DNA of 63,741 nucleotides, counting the filler, from Octopus bimaculoides (taxonomy: Eukaryota), in the NCBI RefSeq assembly GCF_001194135.2. It is 4 parts of 4 records of this genome, joined end to end, with 100 filler letters (N's around TTAATTAATTAA, not from the genome) between each part and the next. Parts side by side here need not be neighbours in the genome. Positions count along the whole stretch, not along the records: positions 49,153 to 63,741 come from NC_068981.1; 3 more parts are not named here. One strand, given 5' to 3'. The stretch's first letter is position 1, and the number at the start of each line of letters is the position of its first letter. The notes beneath the pieces were generated by a model. That model searched no databases. It had not been told where the DNA came from and worked only from the letters and a program-made list of their open reading frames with translations. Shown here piece after piece: positions 52,460 through 63,741 of the stretch. Position numbers and translations under genes: made by a program.

Positions 52460-53237
52460 TATATATTAAAGTAACGTCTTTCCATAGAATGACCAACGGT
52501 TTTGCATCCACAAAGGCTCCCTTCTGGGAGGCAGAAATATTTTACGGTCAATGGTCATTTGGCCAGTGAAGAATAAATAATCCCAGCCCATAAATAGCTA
52601 GTCTAAGGGAGATAATCCGTCCTCGCTGACACAGGTCTTAAGTGATACCACTTTATTCTGAACAATAAAATTTCTAATAAATATAAAATATCTAGAATGC
52701 TGGTGTGTCTTCAATACATGTTTAAAAGAAGTATTATTTGCCAATAGACAAACAGGCATCTTTCTGTGCGTCTATGTTGCTGCTTCTACTGGTAGAATCA
52801 CTATAGCTTTGAATGTAATGTTCTGCATAATTTATTTCGAATAAATTATTCAACTTTGCAGTTCTTCATTCTGACTTGAAACAGGAAATCTGAAACAGAG
52901 GATAGAGTAGCTCCTTTTACATCCAGCTGAGTTATATTGAATAGCCTAATGGGTAAAAAGTAGGTGAGTCGATAGCCTGTCCGTCGCTTGTCGAAACTCT
53001 ATCAAATATGCTTTCGACTGTATTTTTGAAATATATCAAACAGACTGATTCTAACTGGCGTGGTGAGATTAAGCAGGGATTGCATCCATCATGGTTTTCA
53101 GGACATAAACAGTTGCAAATTGAACCAGGTATCCTATTAGTAGATTCATAACTAGGATTCTTGGCATCCATAACATTTGGAATTATATAGGAACGTTGAC
53201 AACGAACAAAACATAAACTTATCGTAAATTAATGTGA

Positions 53238-53335
53238 TATTCTTTTCTACTTTAGGTACAAGGCCCAAAATTTTGGGGTAGAAGGCCACTCGATTAGATC
53301 GACCCTAGTGTGCAGCTGGTACTTAATTTATCAAA
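53238..53335 (-). mobile_element. SINE-A 3' fragment
   Basis: TTCTACTTTAGGTACAAGGCCC..CGATTAGATCGACCCTAGTG..CTGGTACTTAATTTATC. Confidence 0.7.
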
Positions 53336-54460
53336 AATAAGTGTGACATTGCACCCCAAAATGTGCTCGCAGAAAATAAATTTACGCTTAAGATGCCGAC
53401 GTAATGACAAAAATACAGGAAACGATATGAAAATGAAGACATTATGAGTCTGTATTAGCTCTTAAATACGATAAAATAGCTTGTACGCGGATTAATATAT
53501 TCAGAATGAACCAATGCTGGAAAATTAAGTCAATAGCGTGCGATGAATATAAAACCTCAAAGTGACAACAGAATAAGAAAACAAAGATTCAGTTAGTGTA
53601 TAGAGGGTTCAGTCATTAAAGTTTTACCAAATTGTGTTGACATCCATCAAAACAAGTAGGCAATCTAAGCAATATGGTGAATCTAATTGTGGATAACCAC
53701 AAAGAACGATATTATCAGACACCCTGATACCTGACATTCGACACAACAGGGAAATTCTCACGTCGTTGTAAATACTAACGATCGAATCTCAAAGAAGAAT
53801 TGTTGAAACGACTCAATAGTCACAAAGAAAATGTTACTCAACTCTGAATTTCAAAATTGTCAATAGAAATAAGCGCTGACATTCATTGCTTCAATAGTTA
53901 TAAGAGGTGAATGATATATGTAATTAAGTTCACGTGTTAATTGTAATTGAATATTTGTTTCGTGTTTATCATCTGTATTTATATCAAATGTGATTGTGAC
54001 TCTAGTCATTATCGTAATGAGCATGGCACCAATGATTATAATTGTGGTGATCGATAGCTTCTGGTTAGTTTGTGTAAACAAATGTCATATAAATAGAGGT
54101 TAATAACGAGAATGTGTAAGAGATTTATAGCTATGTTTACAATTTTATATATAGTTCTTATTGTTTATAGATAAATAATACTTATCATAACACATTTGCT
54201 CGTACGCTGATGCAACAGCGTAATTATATATATCTTAACAATTAATCCGAATCTTTAAGAAAAAATAATGTTGCATTAATATAACGAAAACTGTTGAATT
54301 ATTTATTATAAAAGGAAATATATACAACGGAAGGAAGATTGCAAACAACTAATGATAATAGTTTGGTCTTACGTACGACATATGTATGTATTTACATGCA
54401 TATCTGCATACAAACACCGTCACGCATACACACACACACACACGCACTTATATACTCTCT

Positions 54461-54880
54461 CTCTTTTCTCTTTTACTCTTTTACTTGTTTCAGTCATTTG
54501 ACTGCAGCCATGCTAGAGCACCACCTTTAGTCGAGCAAATCGACTCCAGGACTTATTATTTGTAAGTCTAGTACTTATTGTATCGGTCACTTTTGCCGAA
54601 CCGCTAGGTTACGGGGACGTAAACACACCAGCATCGGTTGTCAAGCGATGTTGCGGGGAGGAAACACACACACGCAAATATATACACACACACAGATACA
54701 TATACATATATATGCATAGTTTCCGTCTACCATAGTTTCCGTCTTCCAAATCCACTCACAAGGCTTTGGTCGGCCCGAGGTTATAGTAGAAAACACTTGC
54801 TCAAAAAGCCACACCGTGGGACTGAACCCAGAACCATGTGGTTTGTAAGCAAGCTACTTACCACACAGCCACTCATGTCT
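54461..54880 (-). mobile_element. Full-length SINE-B with an internal 16-bp duplication
   Basis: Aligns with 50256-50696; ATAGTTTCCGTCTwCC occurs twice near 54717-54748. Confidence 0.9.
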
Positions 54881-56037
54881 ACATTCATACGTGCACACAC
54901 ACACACATGCATGCATACACTCACAAGCACATATATACATAATTGTTTATGTATAAATGCAGCCGTTCACAAATGTATATATATGTTTCGCGTTTGTGTT
55001 TATATATGTGTTTATATTTAAGACTAAATGATTGTCTTTTTAAATATTAGCGTACACTTGACTGAACGTATGTACCTATGTTGTTTCAAGAATCAACATT
55101 TAACCTTTCGTTTTAAGCTGTACTTTTTTATCCTCTATTTAATCACAGTTTAATTAGTAGATTGATTGAGATTTGTCTCATAATTCTAATTATTGTAATC
55201 CGATCTACTGTTATTTTTCTCATTTATTTTTATAGTTGAGAATTGAGCAGACATAAAGAAAAATAGCGAAGTAGACCGAGATGCTGGAAGAAAGAGTGAT
55301 TCAGTACATTCAATAGGGTGAGAAAGTGTTGGGTAGAAAATCATTAGTTTTTGAATAATGCTATAAGTAAAAACCGACTATATTTGAATGAAAATATTTT
55401 GATAATTGCTGTTTCTATATTGTGCTTGTTGAGGTATACGTCTTTCTAACATTAAGAAGGATTAGATGGATGTACATAGAGAAATATAGTGTGAGAAAAA
55501 CAAAGATAATAACGAGTATTTGGCTATGCAAAGACGTTTATAAAAAAAGAGTTTGAAACATTAGTTTGAGTTGCTTATGACAATATTTAATATATCCTAA
55601 GTTTGGTAAATTATTAATGTGAACTATATGAGAAAATTCTTCAATTTCTATTTTAAAAAATCATAATTTATCTCACAAGGGAAATCAAAGAAAAATTACG
55701 TTTAGCAACGTATCAAATATCATCCCGCATAAATTATATACCTGTTCGAAGGCGACAATACAATCAGTCGCTTATTCCCTCATACATATTAATGCAGACA
55801 CATTTCCTGCTCTTATAAAAAGTAAGATAATCGTTAGTAATGTTAATTTCATCATTGTCTATATTTTACATCGTGTTTTCTAATAAACTGAAATTATATC
55901 TGACTCTTCTCTCTCTACGTCTTTTCACTTATGACGCTATGTTTTGAATAGTCATGTACTAGTGTGTCGTGCATACGATGGTTTTGTGTAAACACATCTT
56001 TGTAGGGACATGTGGATACACACACACACACACACAT

Positions 56038-56090
<53 letters not shown>

Positions 56091-56432
56091 NNNNNNNNNN
56101 NNNNNNNNNNNNNNNNNNNNNNNNNNNNNNNNNNNNNNNNNNNNNNNNNNNNNNNNNNNNNNNNNNNNNNNNNNNNNNNNNNNNNNNNNNNNNNNNNNNN
56201 NNNNNNNNNNNNNNNNNNNNNNNNNNNNNNNNNNNNNNNNNNNNNNNNNNNNNNNNNNNNNNNNNNNNNNNNNNNNNNNNNNNNNNNNNNNNNNNNNNNN
56301 NNNNNNNNNNNNNNNNNNNNNNNNNNNNNNNNNTATATATATATATATATATGAACGTATACCCAGTCACAACACACACAAAAACATCAGAGAACATAGA
56401 AAGGTTCACACTTTCATATGCATATATCTATG

Positions 56433-56700
56433 TGGAGGCGCAATGGCCAAGTGCTTAGGGCAGCGGACTCGCGGTCGGAGAATCTTGGTTTCGATGTCCA
56501 GACCGAGCGTTGTGTGTGTTTATTGAGCGAAAAACACCTAAAGATCCACGGATCTCCAGTAGGGGGTGGTGGCGATCCCTGTTGTACTTTTTCTTCCTGT
56601 TTCTTCAGTAACGCTACGATGGACTGACGTCCCGTCTAGCTGGAGGGAATACATACGCCATAGAAACCGGGAAATCGGGCCCATGAGCCTGACTAGACAT
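56433..56700 (+). mobile_element. tRNA-derived SINE with a V-SINE-like 3' segment
   Basis: Head GGAGGCGCAATGGCCAAGTG.TTAG; 3' CGATGGACTGACGTCCCGTC..CATAGAAACCGGGAAA. The V-like label is from memory of consensus. Confidence 0.6.
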
Positions 56701-56714
56701 TAAAATATACACTT

Positions 56715-57030
56715 TTAAAATGTATACTTTCTGTGCCAGCATGCTACATTCACTTCCTATATGGGTTTTGGTTTGCATAATCTACTTTGAGAATCTACTT
56801 GATTTTTATCTATCTTGGCGTTTATTCAGTTTGTCCTTACCGCTTGATTTTATGCAGCTACTAACAAACTTTCAGTCTCTTTTTCAGCTTTCGTTTCGGC
56901 AAGCATACCCTTGTCTCACTATTGCTATTTGCAGAAAATATCTTTGGGAATCTTCCATGCAACGTCTTCTCATGCTAGTCAGATAATATCTATTTCTTTT
57001 TCTTGATTTACGTTCACCAATTATTGAAGA
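56715..57030 (-). mobile_element. Old R4/Dong fragment (LHG motif to CCHC)
   Basis: EKTLHGRF..KKETESLLVAA*NQAVRTN*INAKIDKNQVDS..SECSMLAQKVY. Confidence 0.75.
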
Positions 57031-57049
57031 TACGACATTTATGTTTTAT

Positions 57050-57420
57050 TTTTCGTCCTTTTTCCTTACGACCCATGAACCAAACGAGCATGATGGGTTG
57101 ATCAGTAACTAACTGCGCTTTCCCCTATCTATAATTGTTACATCTGGTCTATTCTCATCTAACTTCTTTTTCGTTCGAATAGGCAAGTCCCTCGAAATCT
57201 CACATTTCTCCGACTACAGTACACTTTTGACTCGGTGATTGTATCTTGTGGTTCCATCTTCAAATCCACATTTCTGGCAGAGTGCCTCCATTTCTAAAAC
57301 TCTCGCCGTGCCAACTTGTGTAATTCTGCTACAATGAGTGCCACTATCTTGTTTCAAGCTCTACAGGCTCTTCATATTTCTGACACATTGTCTCCATATA
57401 TATTTTCTCAATTTGCTTGT
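57050..57420 (-). mobile_element. Old R4/Dong fragment (CCHC to RLE PD..D)
   Basis: HIVAE..KLA..WRH; SEKCEISRDLPIRTKKKLDENRPDVTIID. Confidence 0.7.
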
Positions 57421-57429
57421 TATTATTCG

Positions 57430-57500
57430 TAGGTGGTGAGCTGGCATAATCGTTAGCACGTTGGAACAATACCTAGCAACATTTCGTTCAGCTTTACATC
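57430..57500 (+). mobile_element. SINE-A head fragment
   Basis: AGGTGGTGAGCTGGCATAATCGTTAGCACG. Confidence 0.6.
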
Positions 57501-58087
57501 GTCATAACCGACGGAGTGGTTCTTTCATATTCATTGCATTAAAAAATAAACGGGCATATTTAAATCAACAAAATACATAACTTAATGGCATTTATCTCTG
57601 CTGTATAAATATAATATCATAAATTATTATCCCGAAAATGATCAAAATTATCTAAATTTACAAATCCCCTCTCCGATGCTGCTGAACAAATATACTACAC
57701 AAAGATAACGTACTCCCGCTTCTTTTCCAACCACACTGCTACGATATCTCTGAGGAGAATAAACAGACATGTTATCTCTCCCCAAATACCCGTAATAAAG
57801 AGAAAAAAAACGATAGTAGCATATTCTCTTTTAATTTTAAGAAATAAACAAAGTCCACACGTGCCGATTGCATCAACGTTGTAACAGTCGTTTCAAGATA
57901 AACAAGATTTCATAATTCAAATTCATTATAACTGTTTACATAAAATAATATTAAGATCTCTGTTTGCTGTGATAAAAGGAAAGTAAATTTAATCAGTGAA
58001 AGCGCCTTAAATGTATTCAAGTAAAGAACTATATCAAAATTTTGAAATTTTCGCTTTCTCTCTCTCTCTCTCCCTCCCCCCTCTCTC

Positions 58088-58118
<31 letters not shown>

Positions 58119-58347
58119 TTCTCTTTCTCACTCTCACTCTCTGTCTGTCTCGCTGTCTGTCTCTCTGTCTGTCTCTCTGTCTCTCTGTCTCTGTCTCTGT
58201 CTCTGTCTCTGTCTGTCTCTCTCTCTCTCTCTGTATCTTTTTTCTCTCACTCTTTCTCTCTGTCTCTCACTAGGCATCTATGTACATTACACTTCCATAC
58301 ACACAAATGCATGTATAAACACATGCAAACATAGTGCACATATATGA

Positions 58348-58591
58348 GATTCTATTCTCCTCTAGGCACAAAGCCCGAAATTCTGGGGCGGGGGTCCAGT
58401 TGATTAGATCTATCCCATTACGCAACTGGTACTTAATTTGTCGTCCCCGAAAGGATGAAAGGCAAAGTCGAACTCGGTGGAATTTCAGAACGTATAAAAA
58501 GACAAAATACAGCTAAGCAGTTAGCGGTATCTCGGTGTAATCAACTATCCCCCTCCCCACAATTTCCAGATTTGTGCCTATAGTAGAAAGG

Positions 58592-58632
<41 letters not shown>

Positions 58633-58650
58633 CATTATTGTTATTATTGT
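58348..58650. mobile_element. SINE-A (minus, 58348-58525) plus an opposite-strand SINE-A tail (58530-58590) with (ATT)n to 58650
   Basis: CTGGTACTTAATTTGTCG.CCCCGAAAGGATGAAAGGCAAAGTCG core; TGTGCCTATAGTAGAAAGG(ATT)n tail. Confidence 0.8.
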
Positions 58651-59586
58651 TCAGTAGTTTTATTTTTATAACGTGCTTTCACTTCACTACCGAGCGCAGC
58701 TCTATGTGCCTTGGGTATGTGCTGTGGTTTGCTGTGGTGCTCTTATGTTTACTGTATTAAAAGTGTTTTGCGTAGGATGTGTGCAGTGCCCAGTAGTGCA
58801 ATTTTCTGTATGTTATATATATTTGTAAGTCCTGGTGTTTTTGTTATGTATTTGTCTGAATATTTTTTTATTATACCTAAGGCACNNNNNNNNNNNNNNN
58901 NNNNNNNNNNNNNNNNNNNNNNNNNNNNNNNNNNNNNNNNNNNNNNNNNNNNNNNNNNNNNNNNNNNNNNNNNNNNNNNNNNNNNNNNNNNNNNNNNNNN
59001 NNNNNNNNNNNNNNNNNNNNNNNNNNNNNNNNNNNNNNNNNNNNNNNNNNNNNNNNNNNNNNNNNNNNNNNNNNNNNNNNNNNNNNNNNNNNNNNNNNNN
59101 NNNNNNNNNNNNNNNNNNNNNNNNNNNNNNNNNNNNNNNNNNNNNNNNNNNNNNNNNNNNNNNNNNNNNNNNNNNNNNNNNNNNNNNNNNNNNNNNNNNN
59201 NNNNNNNNNNNNNNNNNNNNNNNNNNNNNNNNNNNNNNATATCCCAGAGTATGGATGCTTTCTCGTTTTCTGTGACCTTTTCTGGTGTGTTTTTATACCA
59301 TCTTTTTTCTGTTGTTATTCCATAGTGTTGGCATAGCTTCCAGTGTATATAGGTCCCAGCTCTGTCGTGTCTGTGAATATATTCCTTCTTAGCCAGGACT
59401 GGGCAGCCAGCGATAATACGATTTATTGTTTCTTGTCGATCTCCACATATTCTACAGTTACTTGTTATGTTTCTTTTCATTATATGTTTTTGGTAATTTC
59501 TGGTGGGGAGGCTTTGGTCTTGTGCAGCAATTAAAAGTCCTTCAGTCTCTGCTTTGAGTCCTGAGCTTCTCAACCATTGCTGGGAT
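58650..59586 (-). mobile_element. Young Dong family-A copy, 5'-truncated (CCHC knuckle, RLE, UTR)
   Basis: ORF 59573-58749: WLRSSGLKAETEGLLIAAQDQ..CRICGDRQETINRIIAGCPVLAKKEYIHRHD..ILWD, gap, ..LLGTAHILRKTL; no stops in the visible part. Confidence 0.92.
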
Positions 59587-61790
59587 CATTCTATCAGTAT
59601 TGATTAGAACATCTCAGACGATAGTAAGATTCATACCTTCATTTACGTATTGACTCAAGGTGATGTTCATACCAGTAAGCTTGAGTGCTGATTTTGTAGT
59701 GTTTACATATTCTCCTATGTAAATACTGTCCTACGTTATCGTGGCGACGTTTTTATTCGCTTGGTTTGGGCATTTGACTTCGTCAAATGTGACGCAGACT
59801 CTGCATTTAGGGATTGAACTGTTTCGAAGAATGTTAGCCTAGTAGATTTTGCTAAGCAAGCTTTGATATTGTTCTAACAATATGAAATCTTCCGTGTCTG
59901 CTGTCAGTCCGGAACGTCTCAGTCATTGATAGGTTGTTGCTTGGTCTACATCAACATATCAACTTCGAAGTGTATACTGTCCATACAGAGGCCTCTGACT
60001 CCGCCGCTCCTCAATTGGCTTCTGCCCATTTTTCTTTGCAGCTTGCTTGATCCGTTTTGCTTGTTTTGTGGCAGTAGTTTCAGGTTCTTCATCTAATTCA
60101 GGATTAATGCGAAGTTCCCTTGAGAATACGAATTTGCTAGTTCAGTTCAGTTTTTAGCATGTGTCATATTCTCCTGTAATACTCCTTTCTATTTTTGCCT
60201 TCATAGTAGTATGATGTATACCATCTCCTTCATTTATCCTCAGTTATTTATAACATTTTTATGTGTCAAGTTCCCTTATGGTAGTGTCGTTATCTGATTT
60301 AATGGAAGCTGCTTGCCTGATCTTGCCTAAAAAAAAAGTTGTTTTAGCACACTTATCAAGACTCACATTCATCCCGATATCATTGCTAAACTATTTAACA
60401 GGTGTTAGCAGCCCTACTAAATCTTTGTCATTTATAACAAACAGCTCCTGATAGTCCTTATAAAACAGATGGTTTATTGTCGTGTTATACATTTTGAACC
60501 AATATCTGGTGTTATTCAGTTAGTTAGAGAGTGGGATCAGTACCATGCAAAAGTGTAATGGGGAGAGAGAGTCACCTTGAAAGAAGCATCATTTGATGTT
60601 AATGTTGTTAGATTGGTTCATCCCATTACTATGGTTTAGAAGGAGACGTGTGTTCGACTTGGCCATGCTACCTTGAAAGAATTTGGAGGCGGCAGGTGAG
60701 ATCTTATATTTCTCAAAGTCCTTGAGCAGCCAGTTATGTGGGACACTATCAAACGCCTTCCTGCTGTATATCTATGCCATACTTAGGTTCTTCATTTGCT
60801 CCGACAACTCTCTACAATCATTTTATTTATGAGTAATTTATCTTTGCATCCATAAGAATTCCTTTTACAGCCTTTTTGAGCTTGTGGAAGGATAGAGGTC
60901 TGTTCAAGGAAAGCGTATATTCTTTCAGTTAGTATGGGTTAGAGTGTCTTGTAGGTGATGCTGTGACATTTTATTGGTCGTTAGTTCTTTGGATTTTGTG
61001 TGTCTTCAGTTTTTGGTAGTAGGTATGTTGTTCCTTCAGTCAGCCAAGCAGGGATTTGCTCTGGGATCTGGATAATATGAGTTAGAGATGCAGAAAAAGT
61101 TTGGTGTACTTCTATGAAACAATTCAGCCAGGAATTATGTATCCGAACCCTTCCTGAGGTTTTCAATTTGTGAGGCTTCCTAAGAATACACCTTAACTCA
61201 TCTATTTCTATTGCCAACCATTTATGCTTTACAACTGCATCAGGTCTCACTTTCACATGCTCTATCCAGTCAACTTCAGCATTATATTCTTTTTTGATGC
61301 GCCATATCTTCTTCTAGAACTCTTCCATTTCCTCATTCTTAGGTGGCTTCTTTACTTCTATCTTACTTTTGTCAATTTACTTATAACATTTCTTTCCATG
61401 CGTCTTGAATCCTTTGTTTTGTCGATAAAATAAAATTCGATTCTTTTCTCATATCTTCTAAGCCGTTGAACTTTCAGCTGTATTCACTGCTTCACTAGTT
61501 CCTTGGTTGCAGGGAGATATATAAAATCTTTGATTTTATATTTTTGCTTGAGTTCTTTAGCTTGTTTCTTCTTAACATTTCCACCTCTAGCAAATTCATC
61601 GAGAACTGATACATCCGGCCGCAGAGATTCGATCTTTTTGTATTTCTACTTTCCACGTAAGAGATCTATTGACATAGTCGGTCCTTTTCCGTGTCGTCTT
61701 GATAACTAGTTGAGCAGTTACAGCTTTAGCAGCGGAACAAATGAGATTATTTAAGGTTCTTATGTAATTTTCCTTATTTCTTAAGATCGA
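59578..61790 (-). mobile_element. Old Dong family-B element (pre-RT, RT, knuckle, to RLE start)
   Basis: 61790-61400 aligns with 17365-17750; IPAWLTEGTTYLLPKTEDTQNPKN; GCKDKLLINKMIVE; RRHDNVGQYLH; ends INTDRMIPA; many frameshifts. Confidence 0.85.
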
Positions 61791-61990
61791 CGAGCTGCCA
61801 AAATCGTTAGCACGCAGGACGAAATACTGCTAAGAATTTCGTAAAACTTTATGTTCTGAGCTCAAATTCCGCCGAGGTCTACTTTGCTTTTCATCCTACC
61901 GAGTTCGATGAAATAAGTACCAGTTACTCGACTAGGCCTCTCCTCCATAATTTCAGGCCTTGTGCCCTTGTGCGCATACTAGAAACGCTG
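61783..61990 (+). mobile_element. SINE-A
   Basis: CGAGCTGCCAAAATCGTTAGCACG head; TTCTGAGCTCAAATTCCGCCGAGGTC; AATTTCAGGCCTTGTGCC tail. Confidence 0.8.
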
Positions 61991-62023
61991 TTACTGTCAG
62001 ATTATATATGCTATAAATTTCTG

Positions 62024-62064
<41 letters not shown>

Positions 62065-63117
62065 GATAGCAAAGACACCCGTCCTTTGGACGGTTTATGT
62101 TGGTTTGGTGGTATTTTGTTAGCAAATAATTGAACTACCGAGAAGGTATATGAGCTGCATGGCAATCTCTGTTTCTGATTAACCTAGGTACGGAAAATGA
62201 AATTGAAGGCTGGTTATTATGGAGGTCGTTGTGCTTTAATGATCACACAGAACGTATAACTTTGGAAGCGATGGAAAATAGAGCTACTGAAGTGTTTTGA
62301 GAGTAGCTTACCGATAATGACTGACAAATATACTTGATTTACATGAAAGCGAAATTTCTTGTCAGAAAGAGGTACATAAATGGTGTAATGAAATTGAAGG
62401 AAGACGTTGAAGAATCTCCTCTTCGAGTTTATTCTTTTCAACACCAACGTGAGCAATTGTTTTCAGAGAGATAAGCTAACAAAAGCCCCTTTATGCTGTC
62501 GTCCCACAGAGCCTGAGCATAAACTAACAGCGAATGCTGCATAAAGTTAAACTCGTATGGAACTTTCTGAACGATACGTGTATCTTTCGCTAGTGGAATC
62601 AAAACTCTTATTTAAAGGTTGATTCTTTGGGACAAATCATCTGTGATTGACAAAAAATGGCTAGAACGACTATGCTAAAACGTATTTGAAACAATGAGCA
62701 ACAGTCGAAATATCATAATGGATGGATAAACAAAGGTTTCAACAAATAGAAGAGAGAAAGGGAATATCACCTTTAAGTAATTCAGAATAGTTAAAGGTAA
62801 GATTGCTAAAATTCAATGCTCTTTTAATATGGAAATTAAGTATGTTTGGTATTGGATATTCATCACCTACAGCGTTCCTGGTCAATTTAATCAATGCAGC
62901 AGGTGGACAGTCGAAATAAATAAATAAAATCCTTCCACTTTTACAACAAAATTTTAAAAGTATGGAAGACCCTACATACAAAAGACAATGTCCATTAGAT
63001 CTATTTAAACGAGAGATCTGGGCAAAATGTTTATTGCATGACAAGCCTTGGGACATAAGTAATGCGTGTGTAAAGTTTGGTGAAAATCAGTTGAGAATTG
63101 TGGAAATGTATGCGTAC

Positions 63118-63169
<52 letters not shown>

Positions 63170-63222
63170 GCATCCAAAAATACCTTGGGAATGAGAACCC
63201 AGGGGTTTGATATTTCCCCAAG

Positions 63223-63266
63223 ACACCCGATGAAGGCTGGAGGGTATATCAGCCGAAACCTTGTGT
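63223..63266 (+). ncRNA. Degenerate minimal hammerhead in a probable PLE pLTR (~63169-63345) following (AAT)n
   Basis: ACAC-CCGATGA-A-GGCTG(10 nt)CAGCC-GAAA-CC-TT-GTGT; two deviations from a canonical CTGATGA..GAAACGTT; AATGTAAAT tandem repeats follow. Confidence 0.65.
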
Positions 63267-63429
63267 TAACAACAAACAAGATGAGGACAACAATCTGTCA
63301 AATGTAAATAATGTAAATAATGTAAATAATGTACATAATTCCGCATCTCCTAAATATAGAACTGAATAATCTGTTGTTAGTTTTAAATCTTTCTAGATAT
63401 CCCAGTATCGATTTTTGTTAAATGTAAGA

Positions 63430-63577
63430 AGCCTAAGTTCGGATCTAGGATATAAGGCAACTGTGTATAAAATGTTAAAGATATCGGATGAAAGGTGTAG
63501 ACGTTATTGAGGTACATTAAATTTTTGTACACGCACACGCACTCACACAGAAAACTTCAATTTTATATATATAAGAT
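63430..63577 (+). mobile_element. Possible Helitron/Helentron-type non-autonomous 3' end
   Basis: Organisation GATATCGGATGAAAGGTGTAG..(CA)n..TTCAATTTTATATATATAAGAT recalls DINE/Lep1-like ends; recognition only. Confidence 0.35.
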
Positions 63578-63741
63578 ACGCAATGTAGGTGTTTCTAACA
63601 GCCTCAGTTATATTTATTGTCGCTTATAATGTTCCTTTTTCTCTACACATAGCTTAGAACTGCCTAAATGAATTATTTGTATACAGATTAGCGATTCGCA
63701 AAATCATCCATATATTTCTAAGGTGTAGACATATGGTGGAA

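Noticed and set aside
55239-55318. Strong acceptor and donor pair
   Set aside because: Stops in all three frames; at best a non-coding exon, unsupported.

Overview
Eukaryotic, AT-rich, microsatellite-dense genomic DNA with 16 N-gaps. No prokaryotic-type genes, rRNA, CRISPR array or confidently supported host exon were found. The repeat repertoire resembles coleoid cephalopod (Octopus-like) DNA; this is my inference from recalled repeat sequences, not a database result. Nearly all interpretable sequence is transposon-derived: (i) many R4/Dong-clade non-LTR retrotransposon pieces, including four ~98% identical young 3' ends that all end in (TAA)n, plus several older lineages; (ii) Penelope-like element (PLE) pieces with an RT-thumb/GIY-YIG remnant and several minimal type-I hammerhead ribozyme (HHR) motifs with palindromic stem III; (iii) two RTE-clade LINE remnants; (iv) at least three tRNA-derived SINE groups; (v) internally deleted Tc1/mariner derivatives. 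The labels A/B for Dong lineages and SINE groups are mine. The most interesting structure is the interplay between elements. Dong copies sit antisense inside (ATT)n SINE tails. Young Dong copies join old Dong copies at apparent microhomologies. A PLE fold-back has two arms that together reconstruct a complete hammerhead. One HHR has a variant core (CUGUUGA). A SINE dimer is bounded by a single target-site duplication. Most long ORFs in the track are microsatellite or N-gap artefacts.
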